Origin: Octopus sinensis
Lineage: Eukaryota
DNA length: 64,000 nt
Reading direction: 5' to 3'
NCBI RefSeq assembly: GCF_006345805.1
Contig: NC_043018.1
Location: 22,258,001-22,322,000, forward strand
Under the pieces are notes generated by a model. The model did not search any database and was not told the origin of the DNA. It saw only the letters and a list, made by a program, of their open reading frames with translations. The translations under genes were made by a program, and so were the position numbers. Positions 37,442 through 51,375 of the stretch are shown piece after piece; positions within the stretch are counted from its first letter, which is position 1, and each line of letters starts with the position of its first letter.

Positions 37442-40400
37442 AGCGTGATGTGGACGTTTCGCAGAGAATATCGAACCGAAGACAGTACTTTTTTGGGGGA
37501 AAAAAATGGCACAGAAAACCAGCCTTCAACGATGGCGGCACAAACAGAAAGTGAAACGGAATGAAATAAAAGCAAGATGTCCGAAACCTCATTTGACAAA
37601 GTTGTGTTTTGTGATAGAAAAAAATATATATAATAAAAATACAAAGGAATGCTAACACGACTAACTTGCTGTTTGTTAATCCATGAAGAAAAACAACTGA
37701 AGACAATAATGAGAGGGTGGGGGACAAGAAAATATGAGAAGAGACTGTCGGGAAAAAAAAATAGAAAAAAAAGGGCCTGTTTCTTATAAACTAAAGTGTG
37801 ATTATTTCACGTGGGCTTTTTGTGTAACCAAATGTTGTATCTGCTCTGACAGTGGTCCATTTTATCCAGCTCTATTTCTCTTTCCTGTTTGAAAATCATC
37901 AGATCATCCATGTACAGACGACATGTCTACAAACACACAGACACATGTCTACAAACACACAGACATATACATTCATACATAAGTGCATCTACTAGTACAC
38001 ACGCCTACAGACACAGACTTTTCAGGTTGTTGTTTTTTTTTTCCTAGCGAATAGTCATTGCTTTTAGTTGTACAAACAGTGACTGACTGAACACATGAAA
38101 ATCCGCTATATGTAGTGTTTTTTTTTTGTTTTTAGCTTAAATATTTACAGAACGAGGGAGAGAGGTTATGCCCAATATTTTGTAATGGAACTAGACTGTC
38201 TGGTTTTTTTTTTAAAAACTTTTTATGGGATTATTACAATTATAACTGAATTACCATTTGTCCAAACTGTTTGTTCCAATTGAAGATTTTTATTTTCGTT
38301 GAAATCAACTTCATTAACTGAATACCCACGTGACTATGTTTTCAGACGTGCCAGTTTGAAATATCTTGGAATGAGAATGGTTGCATGATAGCAAGAAACT
38401 AGAATCAATGAAAAAAATAAATAATAAAAAAGAAAAGAACAAAAAATAGAACATGCCAGCGAGTAACGGAAGCAAAATGCATCAACTTAAAAAAAAACCC
38501 AAAAAAAAACCCAGCGAACCCTGTCAATCAATCAATCAATCAATCAGTTTTTAGATTCGTCGATCGAATATTTAGTAAATTCACAACAATCGTTTCATTC
38601 AATCCATTATTTTAATTTTCGCTAACATTGTTACCATTTTTTAAAAAATTCTGAGATAATTCGCATCAATGATTATTTTAGTCAGTGATATTTGGTTTGT
38701 CATAACTACAACCAAAGTGTGAGATGCTAGGCGGAAACAAATAAATTTGGTGAAACGTGGGATATTAAATTTAGTGCAGCAAACAAACACATTTTCCTAA
38801 CCAAGTGTTTGAAAATTATGCTCCAATCTCGTCTATTAATGCTGAGCAACATTGAAACATTTACACAGGATGCGGTTAAAAAGGAAAAAAAAAACACCTC
38901 CAAGATCTACCATTCACGACAAGAAAGGTTATGGTAGACACCAATTCAAAAAAATCTTGGTAACAAAAACTAAACGATAAAACATTAAGCCACATGAAGA
39001 GACCCTTCCTACCTACCTACCTACCCAACTTCACTAGCGCCACACCAATAGCCGTGATAACCGTGTAAAATATAAGGAGGTTTTCCTATCGCAGCTTGTA
39101 TTGAATGCGTGCATTATATAACAAAGTATATATCGATAGATATCAAATGATATCGCTTCTTTCTTGATCAGCAGGGAATATCTGGCGGTTTTGTATTTTC
39201 GATAAAATAATTTAATTATCATTTGTAAGTATGATAGATGGAAATTTTGGTGTTTGCAAGCAGATATAATATTAAATAAAATATCTTGAAAGTGTAGACT
39301 GTTAATATTGTCCTTTGTTTTCCTAAACTGACATGTCTGTAGAAATAATTCAAAGAGACAAAAGTTCTTCAGAAAGCAGAGCTAGAGGCCTTTATGTGCC
39401 GGTTTATTGTATAAATACGCATCTCGAAATCTTTAAATAAGATTCTCAAGAAGCTTTCATGTATTAAAAACTTTCATGTACAAAAGGTACAAAAGTAGAT
39501 ATAAAACGTATTGATGGCGATTCACGTTTTCTCAATACATCTTTCTTGTTGATTATCCATGGATTCGCTGATAACAATAGCGACTGGTGTAATATCTAAT
39601 AATATAATAAACTGAAAGTTGTTGGAATGGACAACTTTTAAAATGGTGCCTTTGTTTAGTGTACAATGTCCAATGCAAAGAAACGTAGCCTCGTCGAACA
39701 ATGATCGTTAAATCGACTCGTTAAATTCAAGTAGCGATCGAATAGATTTTGCAAGTATTAATTAGTTGATGAACTGTTATACAGACAGCGAAATAATTTA
39801 GGAGAAAATTAAATTCGTGGCCAGGAGGCGATGTTGCTTCTGTATATCAGAACAAATACAAAGCTATGTTTACATAAATAGTAGGATGATGGGAGCAGTG
39901 GATGAGGTAACAAAAAGGTATCAGCTGGCATCTGCTCGTGCTCTAGCGTAAAACACATCATTCTCTATTGCTTCTATGTAACTATTTAGAATAAGCACAA
40001 AGCTATATGAAAATATAAACTATGATATAGACATAGAGAGATAAAAATCCCCCTGGATGAAACGTCAGTTTCATGACATGGGGGCGGAGATAAGTGCTGA
40101 TTTTTAAGACCTATCTCTTATAGCGATAAGAGATATTTTTTTTATGTATATATTTTAATCAACCCTAAACAACTTAGCAACGCAAACCCAAGGTTGGTTG
40201 TCAAACCACCATTAAAGCTCAAATACCTTGCTAATCAAAAGGTCATTACTGGTAATTACAGGAAACTACGACTAATTTAAATAAACAAGAGTCCATAAAA
40301 TGTGTTAGTTTTGTTGTTGTTGTTGTTGTTGTTAGGGGTCTTCTTATTTAAGAAAGGCTGAACTAAAAACAATGCCTTGTGTTAGATATGATGTTTATCA

Positions 40401-40960
40401 ATAAGGTCGAAACAAACAAGTTTTTTGGTTGCAAAAACATTTTTAATATAAACAATGCAGAACATTAATAGAAGCTATTTCCTGTTTCTACAGGTGTGTA
40501 TTATGATGTCTGCTAATATAAAGATATCTTACTTAGTTTGTTCACCGAGTACACTGGCTTCGTTTAATACTTTATTATTATTATTATTATTATTATTATT
40601 TTCTTGTTGCTTTCGAAAGAAAACATTTGAGTGTATGTGTATGCGTGTGTTTATATATATATATCAGATTGTGTTTATCTAACAGGAATGATTGAGTACA
40701 TTGAAAAATATACAATTCCGGTACGTTTTTCGAGAATGCCGAAGCTCGGAAACATCACCTCACCGTCCAACTGACTATGTGATAGAATATGTTCTTTAAA
40801 TTGTTAAAAATTCGTTTAAATCTAATAATGGTTGTTTAAAATTAATAATATAAAATTAAAAAAATAAAAATATAAAAGTAAAAATCGGGATTTTGTAAAG
40901 CTGGAACGAACTTTGGTTTCGACAATAGTGTCACAGGGTACACACATATACACATGTGAT

Positions 40961-40964
<4 letters not shown>

Positions 40965-41002
<38 letters not shown>

Positions 41003-41061
41003 CAGTATGTATATGTGTGTGTGTGTGTGTTGTGTATATATATATATATATACAGTATGTA

Positions 41062-41093
<32 letters not shown>

Positions 41094-41100
41094 GTATGTA

Positions 41101-41134
<34 letters not shown>

Positions 41135-41181
41135 GTATGTATGTGTGGTGTGTATATATATATATATATATATAGTATGTA

Positions 41182-41238
<57 letters not shown>

Positions 41239-41321
41239 TATGTATGTGTGTGTGTGTGTGTGTTGTGTGTGTGTGTATATATATATATATTATATATATA
41301 CAGTATGTATGTATTATATAT

Positions 41322-41355
<34 letters not shown>

Positions 41356-41491
41356 CAGTATGTATGTATTATATATATATATATATGCATGTGAATATAA
41401 TATACACACGCACATTCCATGCGAGTACAGTATATGTACATATGCGTATCTATAATATACATGTATGTATATATATATACATTCATCCGAA

Positions 41492-41538
<47 letters not shown>

Positions 41539-41540
41539 AT
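40965..41540. repeat. Compound agtatgtatg(TG)n(TA)n array
   Basis: Direct reading. Confidence 0.93.
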
Positions 41541-42801
41541 GTATGTGAGTGTGATTTTAGTAAATTCTTCTCTGAATTCTATCTCAAAACGGTGAATTAC
41601 AAAACGCCTGGCTGTTTTAAATGTTTTTGTTTTTTGTTTTTGTTTTAGCGTCAACATTTCCAAGACTTTATAAACACGTAAGTTTGTGCATAGATGCAGG
41701 AATATATGGCCATACTTGTATTCAATTAATGTATGTACATACCGCTTTAGTACATGATTGTATACAATTACCTTTTATATATATATTATAATAAGAGATA
41801 TATATGTGTGTGTATGTGTGTGTGTGTGTAAACCATATACGCATCTGCGGTTGTGGATAAACGTTTAATTCTAGGGCATCCAAATGAAGAACATTCAAAT
41901 GAATCTGTTGAACATTTTATAAATCGTCACTATACAAGTAATCGATATGTATGTAAACATGAATATATATATGTGTGTGTGTATAGATGTGTATGTATTC
42001 ATTCCTATAAATACCTATCAAGCGTGTGACAGTGAAAAAAAGATGCATCCATCAGCGGGAAACAGAGAGAGATAGAGAGAGAGCGTGACTAAGAACGGAG
42101 TTTCTCAAGTTAATTCAATTTATTTGCCAAACAATAAATGTTCTGTATCTGCGAGTGTTTCTAAGTAAAATTTGGATATGTGTCAGCACTGCCAATTATT
42201 TAAACAAAATAATACTGTTGGAATATTATTTTCTCGATGATTTTTTTCTCTTTTATTAATTTCTTTCAATCACAGACTTATTTCTCTGTATCTAACATGC
42301 CTTGCCAATTGGTTTCGATTTTAGCCCGATTTGTTTTGAAGAGAAAATAACGAAGCGAATATATCTAAATAAATAATGGTTTGTAATTTAGGCAGAAAGC
42401 CAGAATTTTAAGGGGAGAGGGAGAGAGAGAGAGAGAGAGAGATTCAATCGATATTATCGAGATCAATACTTGATTGATACTTTATTTAATCGACCCTGAA
42501 AGAAGAAGACAATGTTGAATTTGGTGGGATTTGAGCGGAGAATGTAAAAAGCCGCAAACATTTAGGCACACAACCAAATATTTTAAGGGAAAATGGTTAT
42601 TCGTACCATTGATTCCAGTATTTGAATTTATTTTATCAACTCGAGAAGAATGACAAGTAAAGCTGGCCTCGGCAAAACTTTCATCCACAGCGGAAAGAGG
42701 CGGAAGCATGTCTATGTGAATAATGAACCTCTTCTGTTCAGGGTCTCTTCTACGGTTCCTGCTTTCATTTTAAGAATTCTTTACTTCATAAATAAACAAA
42801 T

Positions 42802-43212
42802 AGGCGCAGGAGTGGCTGTGTGGTAAGTAGTTTGCTTACCAACCACATGGTTCCGAGTTCAGTCCCACTGCGTGGCACCATGGGCAAGTGTCCTCTACTA
42901 TAGCCTCGGGCCGACCAAAGCCTTGTCAGTGGATTTGGTAGACGGAAACTGAAAAGAAGCCCGTCCTATATATGTATAAATATATATATGTGTGTGTGGT
43001 GTGTGTGTTTTGTCTGTGTTTGTACCCCCAACATCGCTTGACAACCGATGCTGGTGTGTTTACGTCTCCGTAACTTAGCGGTTCAGCAAAAAGAGACCGA
43101 TAGAATAAGTCCTATGCTTACAAAGAATAAGACCTGGGGTCGATTTGCTCGACTAAAAAGACGGTGCTCCAGCATGGCCGCAGTCAAATGACTGAAACAA
43201 GTAAAAGAGTAA
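42802..43212 (+). mobile_element. SINE family A, full length
   Basis: Near-consensus. taaataaa on both flanks. Confidence 0.92.
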
Positions 43213-43956
43213 ATAAATGTTTATAAAATGGCGGGAGATGGCAGAGTCGATAGAACGTCCGTTGGACATGCTTAATGCCATTTGTTCTAATTTGCTGCGC
43301 TCTGCTCAGATGCTGTTGAGGTCAACTTTGCTTCTCGTCCTTTCGGTGGTCGATAAAAAAAAAACAAAAAAAAAATGATACGAGGTGGTAACTTGGTGGA
43401 ACTGTAGAAATATCGAATCAGATACCTTGAGATATTTTTTGCAGCCCTTTAGGTTCTGAGTTCATGCCCCACTATGGATTACTTGCGTGGCAGACTTAAT
43501 CCATTGCCTGGCACTTTGGAGATCATTAGCAGAATGTACTAGGCTGCAAGCATTTGGTCCAGGTCTTCCAAATTGAGAATTCTTCCTCACCCCTCCTACT
43601 AATCGAGGTGAGCCTAGAACGGGACATGGGCTCTGCCTTTCCTCCCGACAAAAAGACAATATCTGTATATAATCATAATTACTCGTTAATACAAAATACA
43701 CTCTAGTTATATTTTCTTCCGTTATGGTATTTATATCGTCTGCTGCTTTCATTTGGTCACGTGAGGCATTCTCTTGATGTTTATTGATTTAAGAATTAAA
43801 GTGTAGTGAGTTACGGAAATATTAGACTTAGAGGGAAGGGGTTTTTTTTTGTAAGAAATTCACGACTATTGAATCAGGGACAAACATTCTGGCAGACACA
43901 GATCAAAATTCATTCACACAGGGTAATTGGAACATTCTTATCACGTGGCCAGAACT

Positions 43957-43991
<35 letters not shown>

Positions 43992-44640
43992 TACATTACA
44001 TGATTAAATGACAAGAAAATGAACCGCGATAATTCTGTTTGTAACTTACGTTGTTATAGGTGATTTAGTATTATTATGGCTATTATTATCACTACTTCTA
44101 CGTTAATGGTTCCAGCTAGTTTGACTGTGGGCCGGCTGAGGCCTAACCCTAACCCAAACAGTTACAGTTCTTTTGTCACAATGCATTAAAAACATTTAAA
44201 CATAATAGGATTGACATGCAAAATGCTGTTGGCTTATTGTTAAAAGGGTTGCGAATTAACACCGTAAATCTCTGTGCGAGCGCGTGTGTGTGTGTGTATA
44301 TATGTGTACGTGAATGAGCGTATGTGCATCTGCACGTTTGTGCGTGTGTGCGCACTTGCGAGTGTATATGTTCGTGTACGAGCGTATAGGCGCGCGTGAC
44401 TGCATATGCACGTTCGTGCGGGTGTGCATGTGCGAAAGTATATGCACGTGTGAGTGTATAGGTACGTGTGTAAGTGTACATGCCCGTGTGAATGTGCGTG
44501 TGTGTGTGCATGTGTGTATACTTGACTATGTGCTCATGTGTGCGTACGTACAGGTATGCGAGTATATGCATATCTGCGAGGATGTATGTGTGCAAGTGTA
44601 TATGCACGTGTGCAAGTGTATATGCACGTGTGCTGGCGAA

Positions 44641-45330
44641 TATGTACGTGCGCGATCGTATGTGTACGTGCGTGATCGTATATGTACGTGTGCGATCGTA
44701 TGTGTACGTGCGCGATCGTATGTGTACGTGCGCGATCGTATGTGTACGTGCGCGATCGTATGTGTACGTGCGCGATCGTATGTGTACGTGCGCGATCGTA
44801 TGTGTACGTGCGCGATCGTATGTGTACGTGCGCGATCGTATGTGTACGTGCGCGATCGTATGTGTACGTGTGCGATCGTATGTGTACGTGCGCGACGTAT
44901 GTGTACGTGCGATCGTATGTGTACGTACGCGATCGTATGTGTACGTGTGCGATCGTATGTGTACGTGCGCGATCGTATGTGTACGTGCGTGAACGTATGT
45001 GTACGTGTGCGATCGTATGTGTACGTGTGCGATCGTATGTGTACGTACGCGATCGTATGTGTACGTACGCGATCGTATGTGTACGTACGCGATCGTATGT
45101 GTACGTGCGTGATCGTATGTGTACGTGTGCGATCGTATGTGTACGTGTGCGATCGTATGTGTACGTGCGCGATCGTATGTGTACGTGTGCGATCGTATGT
45201 GTACGTGTGCGATCGTATGTGTACGTACGCGATCGTATGTGTACGTGTGCGATCGTATGTGTACGTACGCGATCGTATGTGTACGTACGCGATCGTATGT
45301 GTACGTGCGATCGTATATGTACGTGTGCGC
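44641..45330. repeat. 20-bp CpG-rich minisatellite, about 33 copies
   Basis: Unit gatcgtatgtgtacgt(g/a)(c/t)g(c/t). Confidence 0.97.
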
Positions 45331-47205
45331 ATGTATACGTACATGCATGGCCGCTTATGTAGGTGTTCGTATGTGTGCCAAAAGATAAAGCGTTATGCCC
45401 TCTATATCAGTTAGCGATAAACTTGTGATAAACTAATATGAAAGAAAAGCTAACGTAATTATGGATCAACAAAGTTGTATTCGATGAATAAAATGGATTT
45501 CTTTAACAAATCAGTTGTGCTGAAGTCAATAATGTTATGTAGCAACATCGTTGTTCTATTAGGATTAGGTTACAGCATAAAAAATAAAGAAAGAATTTTA
45601 AGAATGGTTAAAGGAAAGAAAATCAAATTGACAAGAAATCGAAGAACTGCATTGGCAACAAAAGTAAGCTCCACCACATAAAATGTATGGAAATATATCA
45701 ATCAAGTCTCACCTGAAATATGAACGTCTTTCATTTGAAAGGAAGAAGACGCGAGTTTGTATCGTTATGCAATTATTTATTCAAACTGCCATATTAGATA
45801 GTTAATCACTGAAGAAAAAAATAATAATCTTATGTCAGTCGATGTGTGTGTGTGTGGCGGCAAAGAATCAATCGCAGAGTAGTGAGGATTCGCATGCTTC
45901 AGAAAAATAAAAAAAAAAAGCCTGAAGAGAGGTTCTGATCAACGAAAAATTCAAATATTTTTCACTTACTACAACAAACAGGATTTTGGTGGAATATTAT
46001 TTCAAAGATTATCAGGACTGCATTTTCTTTGGAGTCTTCATTGTTTGTTTTAAGTTTTATTTCTTCTTTTAATAAAAGAACACGTTACCTTTTAAGCTTT
46101 CATCATAAAGATATGGACACAGATTGGAAAACATTCGGAGAAGGATTTATTATTATTATTATTATTATTATTATCATTATTATTATTTTGTATTTTTGAT
46201 TGACAAAACTGTGTTATTCAATCTATTTTCGAATGATGCCAATTTCACTTGGCGGACATTATGCAGTTCTTTATTTTTGATAATTTGGTTTCCAATAAAC
46301 AAAAATGCATTAATCAACCCAAAATTGTAATCCTGATAAGTAATTTTCAGTTGTTTATACTTTTTTAAAATTTTTATCGTTTCCTGACATGTGTTTATTG
46401 CAAAATGCAAATATCTTAATAATATTACTCCTCATCTGATATTGAAGATGTGACGTTTGAAAATGAAATAATGTCAGACAGGAAGGTCGAGCCTAACTTA
46501 TCGATTTATGCCTGATCGTTCTTCTTCCTTTCCTTTTTGCGTTCGATTGTGGACCTGATGAATTGTTTCAATTAACGGAGAGAAGGAAAAAAAAAATGAA
46601 GGAAAAATTATCGAACTATTTAAAATACAACATAAAAAAAATAAAGGATTGTAAAGAAACAATATAATAAAGGAATTTGAAAGAAAATATTACACTCTTT
46701 GTAAATGCTGCTTCCTTCTGTTCTTATTTATATTCTTATATTATTTTTTAGATCTGTTATTATTATTATTATTATTATTGTTTCTCATTGTCACTTATAT
46801 TGTTATATGACAAAGAAAAAAAGAAGGGAAAATATATTCACAACTTCCTTAATTCAAACTCGTGATATACAGAACGAAACTATTTTTTAAAATTCTATTA
46901 ATGTATATGAAACTGACACAATTATACAGATACGCGTAAATATATCATTATCATCAGCCCCAACATCGTCGTCGTTTTATCGTTCAGGTTTCGATGCTTG
47001 CATAAGGCAGAGGGAATATTTTGAAGCAAATATTCTAAATTTCTAAAGCAGAATACCCTTCCTGTCGCCAACCCTTCTTTCTTTCAAAGCAAAGTGTTAT
47101 TTCCTCATGACAGGACATGCTTTCACGGAAGATAAGTGACTAGTTTATAACTTCTGCTGAATGGTATAACAAGGAGATACCAACCAATTATATATATATA
47201 TATAT

Positions 47206-47507
47206 AATTTATAAGTAAGGGCGAAAGAAAGAATTTCTAATGCCAAAATATGCCGAAAATACACACAACGTCAATAACCATGTAATTTATCACTACAAGC
47301 ACACGTTTCGAAGAAATCCCATAGAAATTTCTAAAAAAATCCCGTTATTACCATATCGGACCCGATTTCAGAGTTAGTTCATAAGAACCTTCTCTTCATC
47401 TTCGAAATACGTGGTTGTTGTGATAAATTACATGGTTATTGACGTTGTGTCTATTTTCGGCATATTTTGGCATTAGAATTTTTTTCTTTTGCCCTTACTT
47501 ATAAATT
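47206..47507. repeat. Long inverted repeat (arms about 109 bp, 84-bp spacer)
   Basis: 47206-47314 pairs imperfectly with 47399-47507. Starts at a (TA)n tract. Confidence 0.88.
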
Positions 47508-47596
47508 GTTTATAAATTTAACCTTTAAAGGTATTTTTTAACATGCTAACCATTGATAGAATTTTTTTCGAAAAATGTTATCCTACATTAGACGTT

Positions 47597-47634
<38 letters not shown>

Positions 47635-47846
47635 ATATATATTTAAGGGACAGAATCACTCTCAAGTAACTCAATCATCATTGAATGACATTATCCACAT
47701 TGGGTACATATAGGACTAAATATTAAAATTATCAAAATTAATACCTTCGATTCTTATTTCAAATCATATACTTTATTACGTGTGTTTCATGACAACATAT
47801 TCCTCGATATTGCTGAAATAGAATCTCTCTACATACAATACCATAA

Positions 47847-48050
47847 TGTACGGGCGTGTATGTGTGTGTGTACGGGCGTGTATATGTGTGTGTACGGGCG
47901 TGTATATGTGTGTGTACGGGCAAGTGTGTGTGTGTACGGGCGAGTGTATGTGAACGGGCGAGTGTATGTGAACGGGCGAGTGTATGTGTGTGTACGAGCG
48001 AGTGTGTGTGTGTGTACGGACGAGTGTGTGTGTTTATGTGTACGGGTGAG
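47847..48050. repeat. Degenerate 18-22-bp minisatellite (tgtacgggcg core)
   Basis: tgtacgggcg(t/a)gtgt variants separated by (TG)n. Confidence 0.85.
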
Positions 48051-49496
48051 TGTATTTGTGTATGAGTGTGTTTACGCGCGAATTTTGCTTGTGTGTGTGT
48101 GTGTGTGTGAAAAGCGAATTTTTGTGTACGATCGAGTGTGTTCAAGTGTGCTTGAGCATCTATAGACGTGTGTGTAAGAGTCTATGTATTCGTGTTTTCA
48201 TTCGTAGATGTGTGTGAACTCATGATTTATACTGTCACTATTCGAATGTTCTTATGTGATCGACAAAAAAAAAAAAAGAAAAAAGAATGAAATCTAAAAA
48301 TTTATAACGTCGTTGTATCATAACAATGGAACAATAACTGCAGACCAAGAATAAATCTCATTGTAACTAAAAAAAAATGTCATACAAAGGTTAAAGTCTG
48401 TCTTTAAAAAGTTCCTGGATTCGAGTAAAGGTTCTCTGCAATTTCTGAGACGATCACTAGGAGCCTTTTAAAGAACATTAGGAAATGAATTCTAGAACAA
48501 GAAAGAAAGATGCAGAAGTATTATATATCGCAATGGATCGTTCAATCTCGCCGAAGTTCACAAATTAAACGACTTTGGCGATTTGGACACCTTACGAAAA
48601 GGATGAAATTCTTCAAATATAAAATTCTACAGGAATGACGGGTTGGCAACTTCCAGCAGTTCCATGCTGACATCTGGAATAGTTCGAGGAAGTATTTAAA
48701 AAGCATAATTAAGGAATAAAATTTAAAATTTACCTCCAGGACTAAACTTAGAACATAGCACCAGATTTGAGTACGAAATTTTTGCTCCTATAAAATCGAG
48801 TGAAGATATAGTTTATATAAACCAGCGCAATTTTAACCATCCGTTTGCAATCATGACAAAATTAAAAAATAGTATTTTTATTCAATCCGGCAGCACCCAA
48901 CTATATTGCTGCATAAGCAAGAAGTGGTTACAAACGGAAATAAGTATTTTCAAAGCATACATCGATATCATAAGATCTCCGATACGAATAACGCTAAGAT
49001 TAGCTAGAATTGTTTAATATAGCATCTACATTAAACAGCAAATAGAAATATAAGCACCTTCACTACATCCAACGAAATTTAGTTTCAGCAACACAATGAT
49101 ATTGCCCTCTTAACAGCAAGTGCCTATCAAAGGGTTTTGTGCATAGAACAAAGGTAGCAACTACAGATGTTTCCGAGTGTAACTATGTAGGATTAATTTG
49201 ATATATATTGAAAACCAGATATACACAACCCGCTCAAACCAAAAGACAGAATCTATTCCATTTCTGTATTCTAAAACATCTGAAGGCTAAAGGATTGTTG
49301 AATTAACAGCGTCACTGTAAGCTGAAGTAGATCAAAGATACAGCCTATGACTCACATAATCTCCCGCCCATCAGCTGCAGCCAATCTACAGTTTTATGTT
49401 GTATTGACACATGACTAATGAAAGTCGAATAAATCGAAGCAACGAGACAACCATCAGCTTCGTACGAATACACTTACTCGGTTCTTCCTGCTTCGT

Positions 49497-49909
49497 TTAC
49501 TCTTTACTCTTTTACTTGTTTCAGTCATTTGACTGCGGCCATGCTGGAGCACCGCCTTTAGTCGAGCAACTCAACCCCGGGACTAATTCTTTGTAAGCCC
49601 AGGACTTATTCTATCGGTCTCTTTTGCCGAACCGCTAAGTGACGGGGACGTAAACACACCAGCATCGGTTGTCAAGCAATGCTAGGGGGACAAACACAGA
49701 CACACAAACACACACACATGCACATATATATATATATATACATATATACGACAGGCTTCCTTCAGTTTCCGTCTACCAAATCCACTCACAAGGCATTGGT
49801 CGGCCCGGGGCTATAGCAGAAGACACTTGCCCAAGATGCCATGCAGTGGGACTGAACCCGGAACCATGTGGTTGGTTAGCAAGTTACTTACCACACAGCC
49901 ACTCCTGCG
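49497..49909 (-). mobile_element. SINE family A, young
   Basis: Near-consensus reverse complement. Confidence 0.92.
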
Positions 49910-50000
49910 TTTGTATATAAAAATACAAATACATCGATATATTCCTTCCTTTGTACACGCATAAACACTCACACACGTATGTGTGTATGTATGTATAATA

Positions 50001-50363
50001 TAGGCGTGGTTGTGTGGTAAGAAGCTTGCTTCCAAATCACATGATTCCGGGTTCAGTCCCACTGCGTGGCACATTGGGCAGGTGTCTTCTACTATAGCCT
50101 CAGACTGGCCATATTCCTTGTGAGTGGATTTGACAGACAGAAACTGAAAGAATCCCGTCGTGTGTGTGTATACCCCCACCTCCATCGCTTGTCAACTGAT
50201 AATGATGTGTTTATGTCCCTGTAACGTAAGCGGTTCGACAAAAGAAACTGGTAGAATATGTACTTGGCTTACAAAGAATAAGTCCTGGAGTCAATTTCTT
50301 CGACTAAAACCCTTTAAGGCGGTGCTCCAGCATGGTGACAGTCAAATTACTGAAGCAAGTTAC
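50001..50363 (+). mobile_element. SINE family A, diverged
   Basis: Head, core and tail are recognisable. Confidence 0.82.
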
Positions 50364-50375
50364 AGAATAACAGTA

Positions 50376-50529
50376 AGGACGTGGAACAAGTATAGTGTTA
50401 TTGGACGCTCAGGAAAGAAGGAGGATTTAACGTTTCGAGCGGAACTCTTCGTTAGAAACATAGGAAAAGGAAAGATCCAAGGAAGGGAAGACGGAGGGAA
50501 AAATTCGCCAACGTTACACACGCGGTTAC
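50376..50529 (-). mobile_element. Penelope-like pseudo-LTR fragment (paralogue of 3391-3570)
   Basis: Minus strand ctaacgaagagttccgctcgaaacgttaaatcctcc...gagcgtccaataacactatacttgtt. Confidence 0.55.
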
Positions 50530-50892
50530 ATTTTGAATATATATATATATATATACACAGACAGAGACTAGTTGACAAAACATGATGCACTGCGTGAAAA
50601 TATATATTTTTTCCCTGTATATTTAATTCATACAGGCATTTTCATAGCCCCTACTTACATAATTACCTGCGGAGCTCTTCGTAAGAAACATAGGAAAAGG
50701 AAAGATCCAAGGAAGGGAAGATGGAGGGGAAAAAAATCGCCAACGGTACAGTCACATTTTGAATATATATATATACACAGACAGACTAGTTGACAAAACA
50801 CGATGCACTGCGCGAAAATATATATTTTCTTCCCGTATATTTAATTCATACAGCCATTTTCATAGCCCCTACTTACATAATTACCTGCGGAG
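50445..50892. repeat. Diverged tandem duplication (230-bp and 218-bp units)
   Basis: ctcttcgt(t/a)agaaacatagg at 50445 and 50675. Both units end acataattacctgcggag. Confidence 0.9.
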
Positions 50893-51261
50893 AACTCTCA
50901 GAAGATAAATTCCTCATTTCGGTTGATTACAAAATCTGTTTACCACATACAAGCAAACGCACTATACACACACACAACCAATACATATTTCAGCGTTGCT
51001 TTACGTCGTAGATCTAGCGAGCACACTTCATTAACGTAAAACTAAAACAATCTAATTTATAATATTTATAATATAGATTCAAGGATATAATACACAGATC
51101 AAATATTAAAAGAAATTGCTTCTTATTAAAATAATGATACTCTCGCTGTCTGGTGTATAATCTTTCATGGTTATATAATTCTGAATTAGAAACGGCTCCA
51201 GTAATGTAAACATTATTGATTTCACGCACTTAATTCAATGTAGCTTTTGTTTAATCCTTTT

Positions 51262-51375
51262 TAGCTTCGGAATTTTATCAGAGAAGGTCCCTTTAAGACA
51301 TCCAGTGTTTTATATATATATATATAAAACACTGGATGTCTTAAAGGGACCTTCCCTGACAAAATTCCGAAGCTA
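51262..51375. repeat. 114-bp palindrome centred on (TA)n
   Basis: tagcttcggaattttatcagagaaggtccctttaagacatccagtgtttt-(TA)n-reverse complement, with 2 mismatches. Confidence 0.95.

Noticed and set aside
44142-44155. Interstitial telomeric repeat (cctaaccctaaccc)
   Set aside because: Only about two units, which is expected by chance.
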